NCBI GenBank assembly: GCA_964616875.1
Contig: CAZTSJ010000201.1
Span: 1-48,629 of the forward strand
Reading direction: 5' to 3'
DNA: 48,629 nucleotides
Origin: an uncultured Bordetella sp.
GTDB taxonomy: Bacteria > Pseudomonadota > Gammaproteobacteria > Burkholderiales > SG8-39
Positions 33,902 through 42,935 of this stretch are shown here, one piece after another (the first letter of the stretch is position 1; the number at the start of each line of letters is the position of its first letter). The notes under the pieces are model-generated. The model did not search any database, had not been told where the DNA came from, and saw only the letters and a list, made by a program, of their open reading frames with translations. The translations under genes and the position numbers were made by a program.

Positions 33902-35629
33902 CTATGAATTCAGTTTTGCCAGCAATTCTCTGGTTTTCGCCGGATCGGACTGGCGCAGCACGCGCTGCGCGAGCGGCTTCGCTTCGGCGAGGTTGGTGCG
34001 CAGCACGCGCTCCTTGATCGCGAGCAGCTGCTGCGCGTGCATGGAGAAATTGCGCAGGCCGAAGCCGAGCAGCAGGCGCGTGAGGCCGGGCTCGCCCGCC
34101 ATCTCGCCGCACACCGCGATCGGCGTGCCGCCGCGGTTGGCCGCCTGGATGGTGTGCGCAATGAGGTGCAGCACCGCCGGATGCAACGGGTCGTATAAGT
34201 GGGCAACTGCATCGTCGGTGCGATCGATCGCGAGCGTGTACTGGATCAGGTCGTTGGTGCCGATGGAGAGGAAATCCAGCCGCCGCATGAACATCGGCAG
34301 CGCCAGGGCCGCCGCCGGCACCTCGATCATGCCGCCGATTTCCACCGCCGCGTCGTAGCCGATGCCCTTGTCGTCGAGCTGCTGTTTCGCCTGCTTGACC
34401 ATGTTGAGCGACTGGTCGATCTCGTGCGCGTGCGCGAGCATCGGCAGCAGGATCCGGACGCGCCCGTACTTCGAGGCGCGCAGGATGGCGCGCAATTGCG
34501 CGAGAAAAAGCTGCGGTTCGGCCAGGCAATAACGGATCGCGCGCAGGCCGAGTGCCGGGTTGGGCATATCCATCGGCCCGCCTTCCGAGAGGCCCTTGTC
34601 GGCGCCAAGATCCAGGGTGCGGATCACGACCGGGCGGCCATCGAGCGCCTTCGCCACTTCGCGGTAGGCCTCGAACTGCTCGTCCTCGGTCGGCAGGACC
34701 TTGCGGTTCATGAACAGGAACTCGGTGCGAAAAAGGCCCACGCCCTGCGCGCCCGATTCCTGCACGTCGCCCAGATCCTGCGGCAGTTCGATGTTGGCGA
34801 ACAGTTCCACCGGCGTGCCATCGAGCGTCGCCGAGGGCGTGGACTTGAGGCGCTTGAGTTTCTGCCGCTCCAGGCCGTGCTGCGACTGGCGCAGGCGGTA
34901 CTCGCCCAGCACCACCGGGTCCGGATCCACCACCAGCACGCCCTGGATGCCATCCACGATCAGCACGTCGTTCTCGCGGATCATCTGGCGCGCGTGGTGC
35001 AGGCCCACCAGCGCCGGAATGTTGAGGCCGCGCGCGACAATCGCGGTGTGCGAGGTCACGCCGCCGACATCCGTCACGAAGCCGCCGAACTTGTGGCGCT
35101 TGAAGAGAATCATGTCCGCGGGCGAGAGATCGTGCGCAACGACGATCAGGTCGCCTTCGGCCGAGGGCGGCGGCTCGGGCGCGGCGGCGCCGCCGGAAAG
35201 AGCCTTGAGCACGCGCTCGACCACCTGTTCGATGTCCTGGCGTCGTTCCCTCAGGTAGGGGTCCTCGATCTCCTCGAACTGCGCCACCAGTATTTCCATC
35301 TGCTGCACCAGCGCCCACTCGGCGTTGGTGCGGCGCTCGCGGATGAGTTCGCGCGGCGCGTGCGACAGTGACGAGTCCGCCAGGATCATGCGATGCAGGT
35401 TGATGAAGGCGCCGAACTCGGCCGGCGCATCCGCCGCCACCTGGGTCTCGAGCGCGGAGAGTTCCTGGCGCGCGCGCGCGATGGCGGCGTCGAACCTGAA
35501 AATCTCCGCGGGTACGGCGGCCTCCGCAATCTCGTAGTGCGCGGCTTCGAGCCGGGCGCTCGAGACCAGGTGCGCGTGGCCGATGGTGATGCCGGCGGAC
35601 ACGGCGACGCCGTGCAGCACGAAATTCAC
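33902..35629 (-). CDS. ptsI: Phosphoenolpyruvate-protein phosphotransferase (PTS Enzyme I)
   Basis: 575 aa. GGVTSHTAIVARGLNIPA phospho-His motif and the C-terminal PEP-utilising domain pattern. Confidence 0.9.
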   Translation of the reverse strand: MNFVLHGVAVSAGITIGHAHLVSSARLEAAHYEIAEAAVPAEIFRFDAAIARARQELSALETQVAADAPAEFGAFINLHRMILADSSLSHAPRELIRERRTNAEWALVQQMEILVAQFEEIEDPYLRERRQDIEQVVERVLKALSGGAAAPEPPPSAEGDLIVVAHDLSPADMILFKRHKFGGFVTDVGGVTSHTAIVARGLNIPALVGLHHARQMIRENDVLIVDGIQGVLVVDPDPVVLGEYRLRQSQHGLERQKLKRLKSTPSATLDGTPVELFANIELPQDLGDVQESGAQGVGLFRTEFLFMNRKVLPTEDEQFEAYREVAKALDGRPVVIRTLDLGADKGLSEGGPMDMPNPALGLRAIRYCLAEPQLFLAQLRAILRASKYGRVRILLPMLAHAHEIDQSLNMVKQAKQQLDDKGIGYDAAVEIGGMIEVPAAALALPMFMRRLDFLSIGTNDLIQYTLAIDRTDDAVAHLYDPLHPAVLHLIAHTIQAANRGGTPIAVCGEMAGEPGLTRLLLGFGLRNFSMHAQQLLAIKERVLRTNLAEAKPLAQRVLRQSDPAKTRELLAKLNS

Positions 35630-35630
35630 C

Positions 35631-35903
35631 TTACTCCCCCTCGTCGAACTTGCTCGCGATCAGTTTTTGCAGCGCTGCGAGCGCTGCGTCGGCGTCTTCG
35701 CCTTCGGCCTCGATGACGAGCAGGGCGCCCTTGCCCGCGGCGAGCATCATCACGCCCATGATGCTCTTGGCGTTCACGCGGCGGCCGTTGCGCGTGAGCC
35801 AGAGCTCGCACTTGTAGCCGCTCGCGACCTGGGTGAGCTTGGCCGAGGCCCTGGCGTGCAGGCCGAGTTTGTTGGTGATCTGGACTTCAGCGCGCGCCAT
35901 CAC
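35631..35903 (-). CDS. ptsH: HPr family phosphocarrier protein
   Basis: 90 aa. I.NKLGLHARAS (His15 context) and ...AKSIMGVMML. Confidence 0.9.
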   Translation of the reverse strand: MMARAEVQITNKLGLHARASAKLTQVASGYKCELWLTRNGRRVNAKSIMGVMMLAAGKGALLVIEAEGEDADAALAALQKLIASKFDEGE

Positions 35904-36337
35904 AGTCCCTGTGATCCTTGCCCAGGGGCTCCGTGATCCTTGCCGCAGGAATCCATGGTCATGTGTATCACGCCCTCGGTGCCGCCCGAAAGCGCCTTCT
36001 CGACCGCGAGCGCGAGCCCCTTGTCGCGGTAGGTGAGGGCGCGCACCAGCATCGGCAGGTTGACGCCCGACACGCCTTCGACGCGGCCCGGCTGCAGGAG
36101 CTTGAGCGCGATATTGCCCGGCGTCGCGCCGTAAATGTCGGTCAGCACCAGCACGCCGTCGCCTTCGTCGAGCTGGCGCACCAGGTCGATCGCCTGCGGC
36201 AGGATCGCCGCGGGGTCGTCGTGGATGGTGACGCCGACCTGGCGCACGCGCAGCGGTCGCTTGCCGAGCACGTGGCTCGCCGAGTGGATCAGCGCCTCGC
36301 CGAAAGCGCCGTGCGCGACGATCAGGATCCCGATCAT
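35900..36337 (-). CDS. PTS EIIA component, mannose/fructose family
   Basis: MIGILIVAHG N-terminus (phospho-His) and ...LTDIYGATP. Position between gshB and ptsH, as in other Betaproteobacteria. Confidence 0.85.
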   Translation of the reverse strand: MIGILIVAHGAFGEALIHSASHVLGKRPLRVRQVGVTIHDDPAAILPQAIDLVRQLDEGDGVLVLTDIYGATPGNIALKLLQPGRVEGVSGVNLPMLVRALTYRDKGLALAVEKALSGGTEGVIHMTMDSCGKDHGAPGQGSQGL

Positions 36338-37284
36338 GGCGCGTTGCCTTTTATTTCTTTCTCCAAGGAATCCAGAAAAAAGCCGGAGACATCGAAGCCG
36401 GTCTGGTCCTGGATCTCGCGGAAGCAGGTCGGGCTGGTGACGTTGACCTCGGTGAGGTAGTCGCCGATTATGTCCAGACCGACCAGCAGCAGGCCGCGCG
36501 CGGCGAGCACTGGCCCGAGCGTCTCGGCGATTTTGCGGTCCTGCGCCGAGAGTAGTTGTGCTACGCCGCGGCCGCCGGCAGCGAGGTTGGCGCGCGTTTC
36601 GCCCGGCTTGGCAATGCGCGCGAGCGAGTGCGGCACCGGCTTGCCGCCGATCAGCAGCACGCGCTTGTCGCCGTCGGCGATTTCGGGAATGTAGCGCTGC
36701 GCCATGATCGAGCGCGCGCCGCCCTGCACCATGGTTTCCACGATCACGTAGCGGTTCGGATCGCCCACCCGCACGCGAAAGATGCTTTCGCCGCCCATGC
36801 CGTCGAGGCGCTTGAGAATCACGTCCTGCTGCTCGTCGATGAAGGCGTGCACGCGCTCCGGGTCGCTCGAGGCCAGCGTCGGCGCGACGAACTGCGCGAA
36901 CTCGAGGATGCCGAGTTTCTCGTTGTGGTCGCGCACCGCGGCGGGCCGGTTGAACACGCGCGCGCCCTCGCGCTCGGCCTGCGCCAGCAGCCAGCTCGCG
37001 CTCAGGTACTCGAGATCGAAGGGCGGGTCCTTGCGGTTGAGCACCGCATCGAAATCCGAAAGCGCGGTCTGCTTCGGCTCCTGCGCGCGATACCAGTCGT
37101 CGTCGCTGGCGGTCAGCGTCAGGCCGCCCGCGAACGCGAATACGCGCTGCTTCCAGTGCAGCCCGCCCTGGCTGCAGAAAAAAATCTGGTGGCCGCGCTC
37201 CTGCGCCGCGCGCATGATCGCCACGCTCGTGTCCTTGTAGGCCTTGAGCGAATCCAGCGGATCGAGAATGAAGAGAAACTTCAT
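36334..37284 (-). CDS. gshB: Glutathione synthase
   Basis: 316 aa, collinear with E. coli GshB (RKDPPFD, LDGMGG.SIFRV, GDKRVLL.GG.PVP..LARI, NLAAGG, EVNVTSPTC). Confidence 0.95.
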   Translation of the reverse strand: MKFLFILDPLDSLKAYKDTSVAIMRAAQERGHQIFFCSQGGLHWKQRVFAFAGGLTLTASDDDWYRAQEPKQTALSDFDAVLNRKDPPFDLEYLSASWLLAQAEREGARVFNRPAAVRDHNEKLGILEFAQFVAPTLASSDPERVHAFIDEQQDVILKRLDGMGGESIFRVRVGDPNRYVIVETMVQGGARSIMAQRYIPEIADGDKRVLLIGGKPVPHSLARIAKPGETRANLAAGGRGVAQLLSAQDRKIAETLGPVLAARGLLLVGLDIIGDYLTEVNVTSPTCFREIQDQTGFDVSGFFLDSLEKEIKGNAP

Positions 37285-37321
37285 TCTGCAGGGGCGGTTT
37301 TATCCAGCTCTAGCCCTACTC

Positions 37322-37834
37322 CTACTTTTTCTTGTCGGAAGCTGCGGGCTTCGCCGCCGGCTCCTTCAGTTTGCCGCCGGCCTGGTTGGCCATGAAGACG
37401 ACCGCGCTGGCGAGTTCCTGATCGGTGAGGCTGGTGCCCGCGCGCGGCGCCATCGCACCCTTGCCCTTGATCACCGTTTGCAGCATGCCATCGAGACCCA
37501 GCTTGAGGCGCGGGGCCCAGGCCGCCTTGTCGCCCAGCTTGGGCGCATTGGCGACGCCGGCCTGGTGGCAGGCGGCGCAGACTTCCTTCACCGTCTCCTC
37601 GGCGCTTTTCGCTGCCGCGGCCCCGGCGGCGCCGAACTCGACCTTGGCGACCGGCTGGATGCGCGCGGCCACGGACTCGGGCATGAGCGCCGCCGGGTCG
37701 GCGTGCGGGCGGCTCAACACCAGCTGCACCATCAGCACGATACCGATAATCGGCACCACAAACGCAAGCACCACGATCGTGAGCAGTTGCTGAGGCGTCT
37801 TGATGAAGGAGGAGTGCTCGTCGTGCTCGGCCAT
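37322..37834 (-). CDS. Membrane-anchored c-type cytochrome (cytochrome c5 family)
   Basis: N-terminal TM helix (LLTIVVLAFVVPIIGIVLMV), a single CAACH heme-binding motif, and a distal Met (GKGAMAPRAG). Confidence 0.8.
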   Translation of the reverse strand: MAEHDEHSSFIKTPQQLLTIVVLAFVVPIIGIVLMVQLVLSRPHADPAALMPESVAARIQPVAKVEFGAAGAAAAKSAEETVKEVCAACHQAGVANAPKLGDKAAWAPRLKLGLDGMLQTVIKGKGAMAPRAGTSLTDQELASAVVFMANQAGGKLKEPAAKPAASDKKK

Positions 37835-37901
37835 GCGCAGGTCCCCGTGATTTGTGCTGGTAAAATGCTGATTTTAGCGTGAAACTCGCGGTGTCAGGGA
37901 T

Positions 37902-37978
37902 GCGCCCGTAGCTCAGCGGATTAGAGTATTGGCCTCCGAAGCCAAGGGTCGTGGGTTCGAATCCCGCCGGGCGCGCCA
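37902..37978 (+). tRNA. tRNA-Arg (anticodon CCG)
   Basis: Cloverleaf folded by hand. Acceptor GCGCCCG/CGGGCGC; D-arm GCTC..GAGT; anticodon stem TTGGC/GCCAA with loop CTCCGAA; T-arm GTGGG-TTCGAAT-CCCGC; discriminator G and encoded CCA. Total 77 nt. Confidence 0.9.
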
Positions 37979-38051
37979 GACTTGCGGTTTCATCAGGCCG
38001 GGTGCGGGAATCTCCGGCCCGCCGCGCAAAGCGTGCGAATATTCGACCCCC

Positions 38052-39143
38052 ATGAGTGAAACGCGCGACCTCGTCCGCGAGGCGGCAGAGCGCCTGTTCG
38101 AGAAGCACTGCAACGCGGAAACCATGCGCCGCGCCGATGGCGGCGAGTTCCCGCAGGCGCTATGGCGTGCCCTGACCGAAGCGGGCTACACCTCCGCGCT
38201 GGTGCCCGAGAGCGCCGGTGGCGCCGGGCTGGAGATGGCCGACGCGCTATCGCTGCTGGTGAGCGCCGGGCGGCACGCGCTGCCTGCGCCGCTCGCCGAA
38301 ACCATGCTCGCGGGCTGGCTGCTCTCCAGCGCCGGCATCGCAGTACCGGAAGGACCGCTTGCAGGGGAAGGACCGCTTGCAGCGGTGGGCCCGCTCACGG
38401 TGGCGCCGGTGCGCGAGGAAGATAACTTGATCGCGAAACGCGACGGCGCGGCTTGGCGTATCGATGGCAAGGCGACCCGCATTCCCTGGGCACGCCAGTG
38501 CCGCACGATTGCGGTCCTCGCGCAGGCGGACGGCAAAAGCATCGTTGCGCTCGTAGCTACTGCCGATTGCGCCATCAAGGACGGCCACAACCTCGCGGGG
38601 GAACCGCGCGACGAACTGGTTTTTTCCGGCACGAAATCGCTGCGGGCGGGCGCCTCGCCGGTTTCTGCCGATGCGTTGCGCGCGCTCGGCGCGGTGATGC
38701 GCAGCGCGCAGATGGCCGGGGCGCTGCAAAGCGTACTCGAGACGAGCGTGCAGTACGCGCGCGAGCGCGTGCAGTTCGGCCGCCCGATCGGCCGCTTCCA
38801 GGCGATCCAGCAGAATCTCGCCGTACTCGCCGGGCAGGCGGCGGCGGCGACCGCGGCGGCCGAGGCCGGCATCGAGGCCGCGGCGCGCGGCTTCGATCCG
38901 CTGGCGGTGGCGGCGGCGAAAATCCGCGCCGGCGAGGCGGCCGGCATCGGCGCGGCGATTGCGCACCAGGTCCACGGGGCGATCGGTTTCACGCAGGAGC
39001 ATCGCCTGCACTATCTGACGCGGCGCCTGTGGTCCTGGCGCGACGAGTTCGGCAACGAAGCCTACTGGGCGCGGCGCCTGGGCGGCGAGGTCGCGGCGGC
39101 GGGCGCCGACCGCCTCTGGCACGGCATCACCGCGGTGGGCTAG
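38052..39143 (+). CDS. Acyl-CoA dehydrogenase family protein
   Basis: ATG at 38052; the upstream part of the track ORF overlaps the tRNA. ACAD C-terminal pattern R.QFGRPIG.FQAIQ..LA and ...AKI.A.EAA... Confidence 0.85.
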   Translation: MSETRDLVREAAERLFEKHCNAETMRRADGGEFPQALWRALTEAGYTSALVPESAGGAGLEMADALSLLVSAGRHALPAPLAETMLAGWLLSSAGIAVPEGPLAGEGPLAAVGPLTVAPVREEDNLIAKRDGAAWRIDGKATRIPWARQCRTIAVLAQADGKSIVALVATADCAIKDGHNLAGEPRDELVFSGTKSLRAGASPVSADALRALGAVMRSAQMAGALQSVLETSVQYARERVQFGRPIGRFQAIQQNLAVLAGQAAAATAAAEAGIEAAARGFDPLAVAAAKIRAGEAAGIGAAIAHQVHGAIGFTQEHRLHYLTRRLWSWRDEFGNEAYWARRLGGEVAAAGADRLWHGITAVG

Positions 39144-39148
39144 CGATC

Positions 39149-40321
39149 ATGGCGCGAATCGAAAACCTGGGTTTTGCGGCGCCGCCACCGTTTCCCGAGG
39201 CCGAAGTGCTGCGCGGCGAAGTGCGCGCCTTTCTCGCCGAGCACCTGCCAAAGCGCGCCAGCACGAAGGGCGTGGGCTCCTGGGGCGGACACGATCGCGA
39301 GTTCAGCCGCAAGATGGGCGCGCGCGGCTGGATCGGCATGACTTGGCCCAAGCGCTACGGCGGCCACGAGCGCGGCGCGCTCGAGCGCTACGTGGTGCTC
39401 GAGGAAATGCTAGCAGCGGGCGCGCCCGTGACCGGCCACTGGGTAGCCGACCGGCAAAGCGGGCCGCTCATCCTGCGCGTCGGCACCGAGCAGCAGAAGC
39501 AGGCGATCCTGCCGCGCATCGCGGCCGGTGAATGCGCGTTCTGCATCGGCATGAGCGAACCCGATTCCGGTTCGGACCTCGCCTCGGTGCGCACGCGCGC
39601 CGCCGCGATAGAGGGAAAAAGCGGGGGCGGCTTCCTGGTCAACGGCACGAAACTCTGGACCTCGAACGCGCATTGCTCCGAATACATGATTCTCCTCGCC
39701 CGTACCGGCGAAGCCGGAGAACAGCGCCACGGCGGCCTCACGCAGTTCCTCGTCGACCTGAAAGCGACGCAGGGAATTTCGATCCGCCCGGTGCACAACC
39801 TGGCCGGTGAGCATCATTTCAACGAGGTCGTGTTCCAGGACGTGTTCCTGCCCGCGGGCAACGTGCTGGGCGAGGTGGGCGGCGGCTGGCGGCAGGTGAC
39901 GAGCGAGCTCGCCTTCGAGCGCTCCGGGCCGGAGCGCTTTCTTTCCTCGTTCACGCTGCTGGTGGAACTCACGCGCGCGCTGGGCGCCGATCCCTCGGAG
40001 CGGGCGCGCATTGCGCTCGGTCGCGTCGTCGCGCACATCATCACGCTGCGCCGCCTGTCGCGCTCGGTCGCCGGCATGCTGCAGGCGGGCGCGAATCCGG
40101 CCCAGCAGGCGGCTCTCGTGAAGGACCTCGGCACCACGCTCGAGCAGGAGATTCCCGAAATCGCGCGCCAGCTCCTCGACGCGGAACCCGACCGCGCCTC
40201 GACACAGGACTTTGTCACGGTTCTCGCGCACACCATGATGAACGCGCCCTCCTTCAGCATCCGCGGCGGCACGCGCGAGATCCTGCGGGGCATGATCGCG
40301 CGCGGTCTCGGTTTGCGCTGA
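39149..40321 (+). CDS. Acyl-CoA dehydrogenase family protein
   Basis: ATG at 39149, 5 nt after the previous stop. GW.G...P..YGG, CIGMSEPDSGSDLAS, NG.K.W.SNA patterns. Confidence 0.85.
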   Translation: MARIENLGFAAPPPFPEAEVLRGEVRAFLAEHLPKRASTKGVGSWGGHDREFSRKMGARGWIGMTWPKRYGGHERGALERYVVLEEMLAAGAPVTGHWVADRQSGPLILRVGTEQQKQAILPRIAAGECAFCIGMSEPDSGSDLASVRTRAAAIEGKSGGGFLVNGTKLWTSNAHCSEYMILLARTGEAGEQRHGGLTQFLVDLKATQGISIRPVHNLAGEHHFNEVVFQDVFLPAGNVLGEVGGGWRQVTSELAFERSGPERFLSSFTLLVELTRALGADPSERARIALGRVVAHIITLRRLSRSVAGMLQAGANPAQQAALVKDLGTTLEQEIPEIARQLLDAEPDRASTQDFVTVLAHTMMNAPSFSIRGGTREILRGMIARGLGLR

Positions 40322-40351
40322 TTCGAGATACGACGGGAGTAAAACCTTGCC

Positions 40352-41152
40352 ATGAATGCACCGCTCGACTACGCACAGGACGGCGCCATCGTCACGCTGA
40401 CGATGAATGCGCCCGGGATTCGCAACGCCATCTCCGGCGACGACATGATCGACGCGCTCGAAGCTGCCTGCGACCGCCTCAATGCGGACATGAGCGCGCG
40501 CGTCGCCATCCTGACCGGCGCCGGCAGCGCCTTTTCCTCGGGCGGCAACGTCAAGAAGATGCACGACGGCGGCGGTCTGGGCGGCGGCCTGCCGGCGCAG
40601 ACGCGGCGCAATTACAAGCTCGGCATCCAGCGCATCCCGCTCGCCTTCGACCGGCTCGAAGTGCCGATCATCGCCGCCGTCAACGGACCGGCCATCGGCG
40701 CGGGCTGCGACCTCGCCTGCATGTGCGACATGCGCATCGCCGCCGCGAGCGCGCGCTTCGCCGAGAGCTTCGTGAAACTCGGCATCATTCCCGGCGACGG
40801 CGGCGCCTGGCTGCTGCCGCGCGTGGTCGGCTATTCGAAGGCCTGCGAAATGGCTTTTACCGGCGACACGCTGGGCGCCGCGGAGGCTCTCGCCTGCGGC
40901 CTGGTCTCCAAAGTCGTTCCCGACGCCGAACTGATGGCGGAGGCGCGCAAGCTTGCCGAACGCATCGCGGCCAATCCGCCGCACGCGGTAAGGATGACCA
41001 AGCGGCTGATCCGCGAAGGGCGGCATGTGCAACTCGGGAGCCTGCTCGAACTCTCGGCGGCGATGCAGTCGCTCGCGCACGCCACCGCCGACCACAAGGA
41101 AGCGGTGGCTGCGTTTCTCGAGAAAAGAAAACCGGAATTCGGCGGAACCTGA
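40352..41152 (+). CDS. Enoyl-CoA hydratase/isomerase (crotonase) family protein
   Basis: 266 aa. LTGAGSAFSSGGNV, AAVNGPAIGAGCDLACMCDMRIA, FLEKR C-terminus. Confidence 0.9.
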   Translation: MNAPLDYAQDGAIVTLTMNAPGIRNAISGDDMIDALEAACDRLNADMSARVAILTGAGSAFSSGGNVKKMHDGGGLGGGLPAQTRRNYKLGIQRIPLAFDRLEVPIIAAVNGPAIGAGCDLACMCDMRIAAASARFAESFVKLGIIPGDGGAWLLPRVVGYSKACEMAFTGDTLGAAEALACGLVSKVVPDAELMAEARKLAERIAANPPHAVRMTKRLIREGRHVQLGSLLELSAAMQSLAHATADHKEAVAAFLEKRKPEFGGT

Positions 41153-41159
41153 GCCGGCC

Positions 41160-42059
41160 ATGACGCGATTGTGCGAAGGCAGGGTTGCGATCGTCACCGG
41201 CGCCGGGCGCGGCCTCGGCCGGGAACACGCGCTGCTGCTCGCGGCGAACGGCGCAAAAGTGGTGGTCAACGACCTTGGCGCGAACGTGGACGGCACGGGA
41301 CGCGACGCCTCGTTCGCGGCGCAGACCGTCGCCGCCATCAAAAAAGCGGGTGGCGACGCTGTCGTCAACGGCGACGACGTCGGTTCCTGGGCGGGCGCCA
41401 AGCACATGATCGACCACGCGCTCGAGGCCTGGGGCAGGCTCGACATCGTCGTCAACAACGCCGGCATCCTGCGCGACCGGATGCTGGTGAACATGAGCGA
41501 GGAGGAATGGGATGCGGTCATCCAGGTGCACCTGAAGGGCACCTTCGCGCCGTCGCGGCACGCCGCCGCCCACTGGCGCGAGCTGCACAAGAAAACCGGC
41601 GAGCCGGTCATGGGCCGCATCATCAACACCACTTCGACTTCCGGCATCTACGGCAACGTCGGGCAGAGCAACTACGGCGCGGCCAAGGCGGGCATCGCCG
41701 CGTTCACCATCATCGCGGCGCGCGAATTGAAGCGCATCGGCGTCACCGTGAACGCGGTCTCGCCTTCGGCGCAGACGCGCATGACCGAGGGCCTGCGCGC
41801 GGTGACCGACGAGCAGCGCGCCATGCGCGACCCGAAATGGGTTTCGCCGGTGGTCACCTATCTCGCGAGCGAGGTGGCCCAAGACATCACCGGGCGCGTG
41901 ATCCAGGCCGGCGTCGGACGCATCGCGGTGTGCGAAGGCTGGCGGCGCGGCGCGGAAGTGGCGCAGGTGGCCGACCCGCTCGAGGCCGGCCGGCTGCTGC
42001 GCGAGATGCTGCCGAAAGTGCGCCGCAACTCGGGCATGGACGGCATGGAACTGGACTGA
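41160..42059 (+). CDS. SDR family oxidoreductase (MFE-2-type 3-hydroxyacyl-CoA dehydrogenase-like)
   Basis: ATG at 41160. GRVAIVTGAGRGLGR, NNAGI, and YGAAK (YxxxK). Confidence 0.85.
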   Translation: MTRLCEGRVAIVTGAGRGLGREHALLLAANGAKVVVNDLGANVDGTGRDASFAAQTVAAIKKAGGDAVVNGDDVGSWAGAKHMIDHALEAWGRLDIVVNNAGILRDRMLVNMSEEEWDAVIQVHLKGTFAPSRHAAAHWRELHKKTGEPVMGRIINTTSTSGIYGNVGQSNYGAAKAGIAAFTIIAARELKRIGVTVNAVSPSAQTRMTEGLRAVTDEQRAMRDPKWVSPVVTYLASEVAQDITGRVIQAGVGRIAVCEGWRRGAEVAQVADPLEAGRLLREMLPKVRRNSGMDGMELD

Positions 42060-42066
42060 GGGCGAT

Positions 42067-42924
42067 ATGCCATTGAACTACGACCACCTGATGGGCCTGA
42101 AGCGCGAAGGCGATCGCTTCAAGTACACCGATCGTGAAACGATGCTCTACGCGATCGGCATCGGCATGGGCGCCGATCCGCTGGATGAGAACGAACTGCC
42201 GTTCGTGTTCGAGCAAGCTTTGCTGAAAACGGTGCCCAGCATGGCGACGGTGCTGACGCGGATCCCGTTGCTGAAAGACTGCGGCTTCGATTACACCAAG
42301 GTTGTGCACGGCGAACAGCGCCTCACCCTGCACCGGCCGCTGCCCCCCGCAGGCGAGCTGATCGCGAGTGCGCGCGTTACGGAGGCTTACGACAAGGGCG
42401 TTGGCAAGGGCGCGGTCATCTACACCGAGACCGCCGCGCGCTCGGCCGCGGACGGTCAACCGATGTTCACGCTGCACTCGGTCACCTTCGCGCGGGGCGA
42501 TGGTGGTTTCGGCGGTCCTTCGGGCTCAGGACCCGCGCCGCACGCGCTGCCGGACCGGAAGCCCGATGTCACCGTCACGCTCGCGACACGAAGGGATCAG
42601 GCGCTGCTCTACCGGCTGAACGGCGACCGCAATCCCCTGCACGCCGATCCGGAGCTTGCCCGGCGCGTGGGTTTTTCCGCGCCGATCCTGCATGGCCTGT
42701 GCACTTACGGCGTGGCCTGCCGCGCGATCCTGCAATCGGTCGCGGCCTACGACCACACGCGCATCACGAAGTTCGACGTGCGCTTCTCCGCGCCGGTCTA
42801 TCCGGGCGATTCAATCGCGACCGACCTCTGGGTCGATGGCACAATTGTCGCCTTCCGCTGTCGCATTCCGGCGCGCGATAATGTCGTGGTGATCAATAAC
42901 GGCAGGTGTATGCTTGCCGCATAG
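42067..42924 (+). CDS. MaoC-like (R)-specific enoyl-CoA hydratase, double hot-dog
   Basis: 285 aa. YRLNGDRNPLHADPE..... GF..PILHGLCT motif in the C-terminal hot-dog. Confidence 0.85.
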   Translation: MPLNYDHLMGLKREGDRFKYTDRETMLYAIGIGMGADPLDENELPFVFEQALLKTVPSMATVLTRIPLLKDCGFDYTKVVHGEQRLTLHRPLPPAGELIASARVTEAYDKGVGKGAVIYTETAARSAADGQPMFTLHSVTFARGDGGFGGPSGSGPAPHALPDRKPDVTVTLATRRDQALLYRLNGDRNPLHADPELARRVGFSAPILHGLCTYGVACRAILQSVAAYDHTRITKFDVRFSAPVYPGDSIATDLWVDGTIVAFRCRIPARDNVVVINNGRCMLAA

Positions 42925-42935
42925 GAGGAGTTGAC

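Noticed and set aside
33894-35318. N-terminal 475 codons of the 789-aa ORF 32949..35318
   Set aside because: This part overlaps ptsI in another frame and is Arg/Pro/Gly-rich. A canonical ATG with a GGAG RBS and a signal peptide at 33893 gives a normal-length Bug protein.
37902-38051. tRNA-Arg as an integration site of a genomic island, and ORF 37929.. overlapping the tRNA
   Set aside because: I could find no integrase, no direct repeat of the tRNA 3' end downstream, and no compositional break. The ORF start inside the tRNA is replaced by the ATG at 38052.
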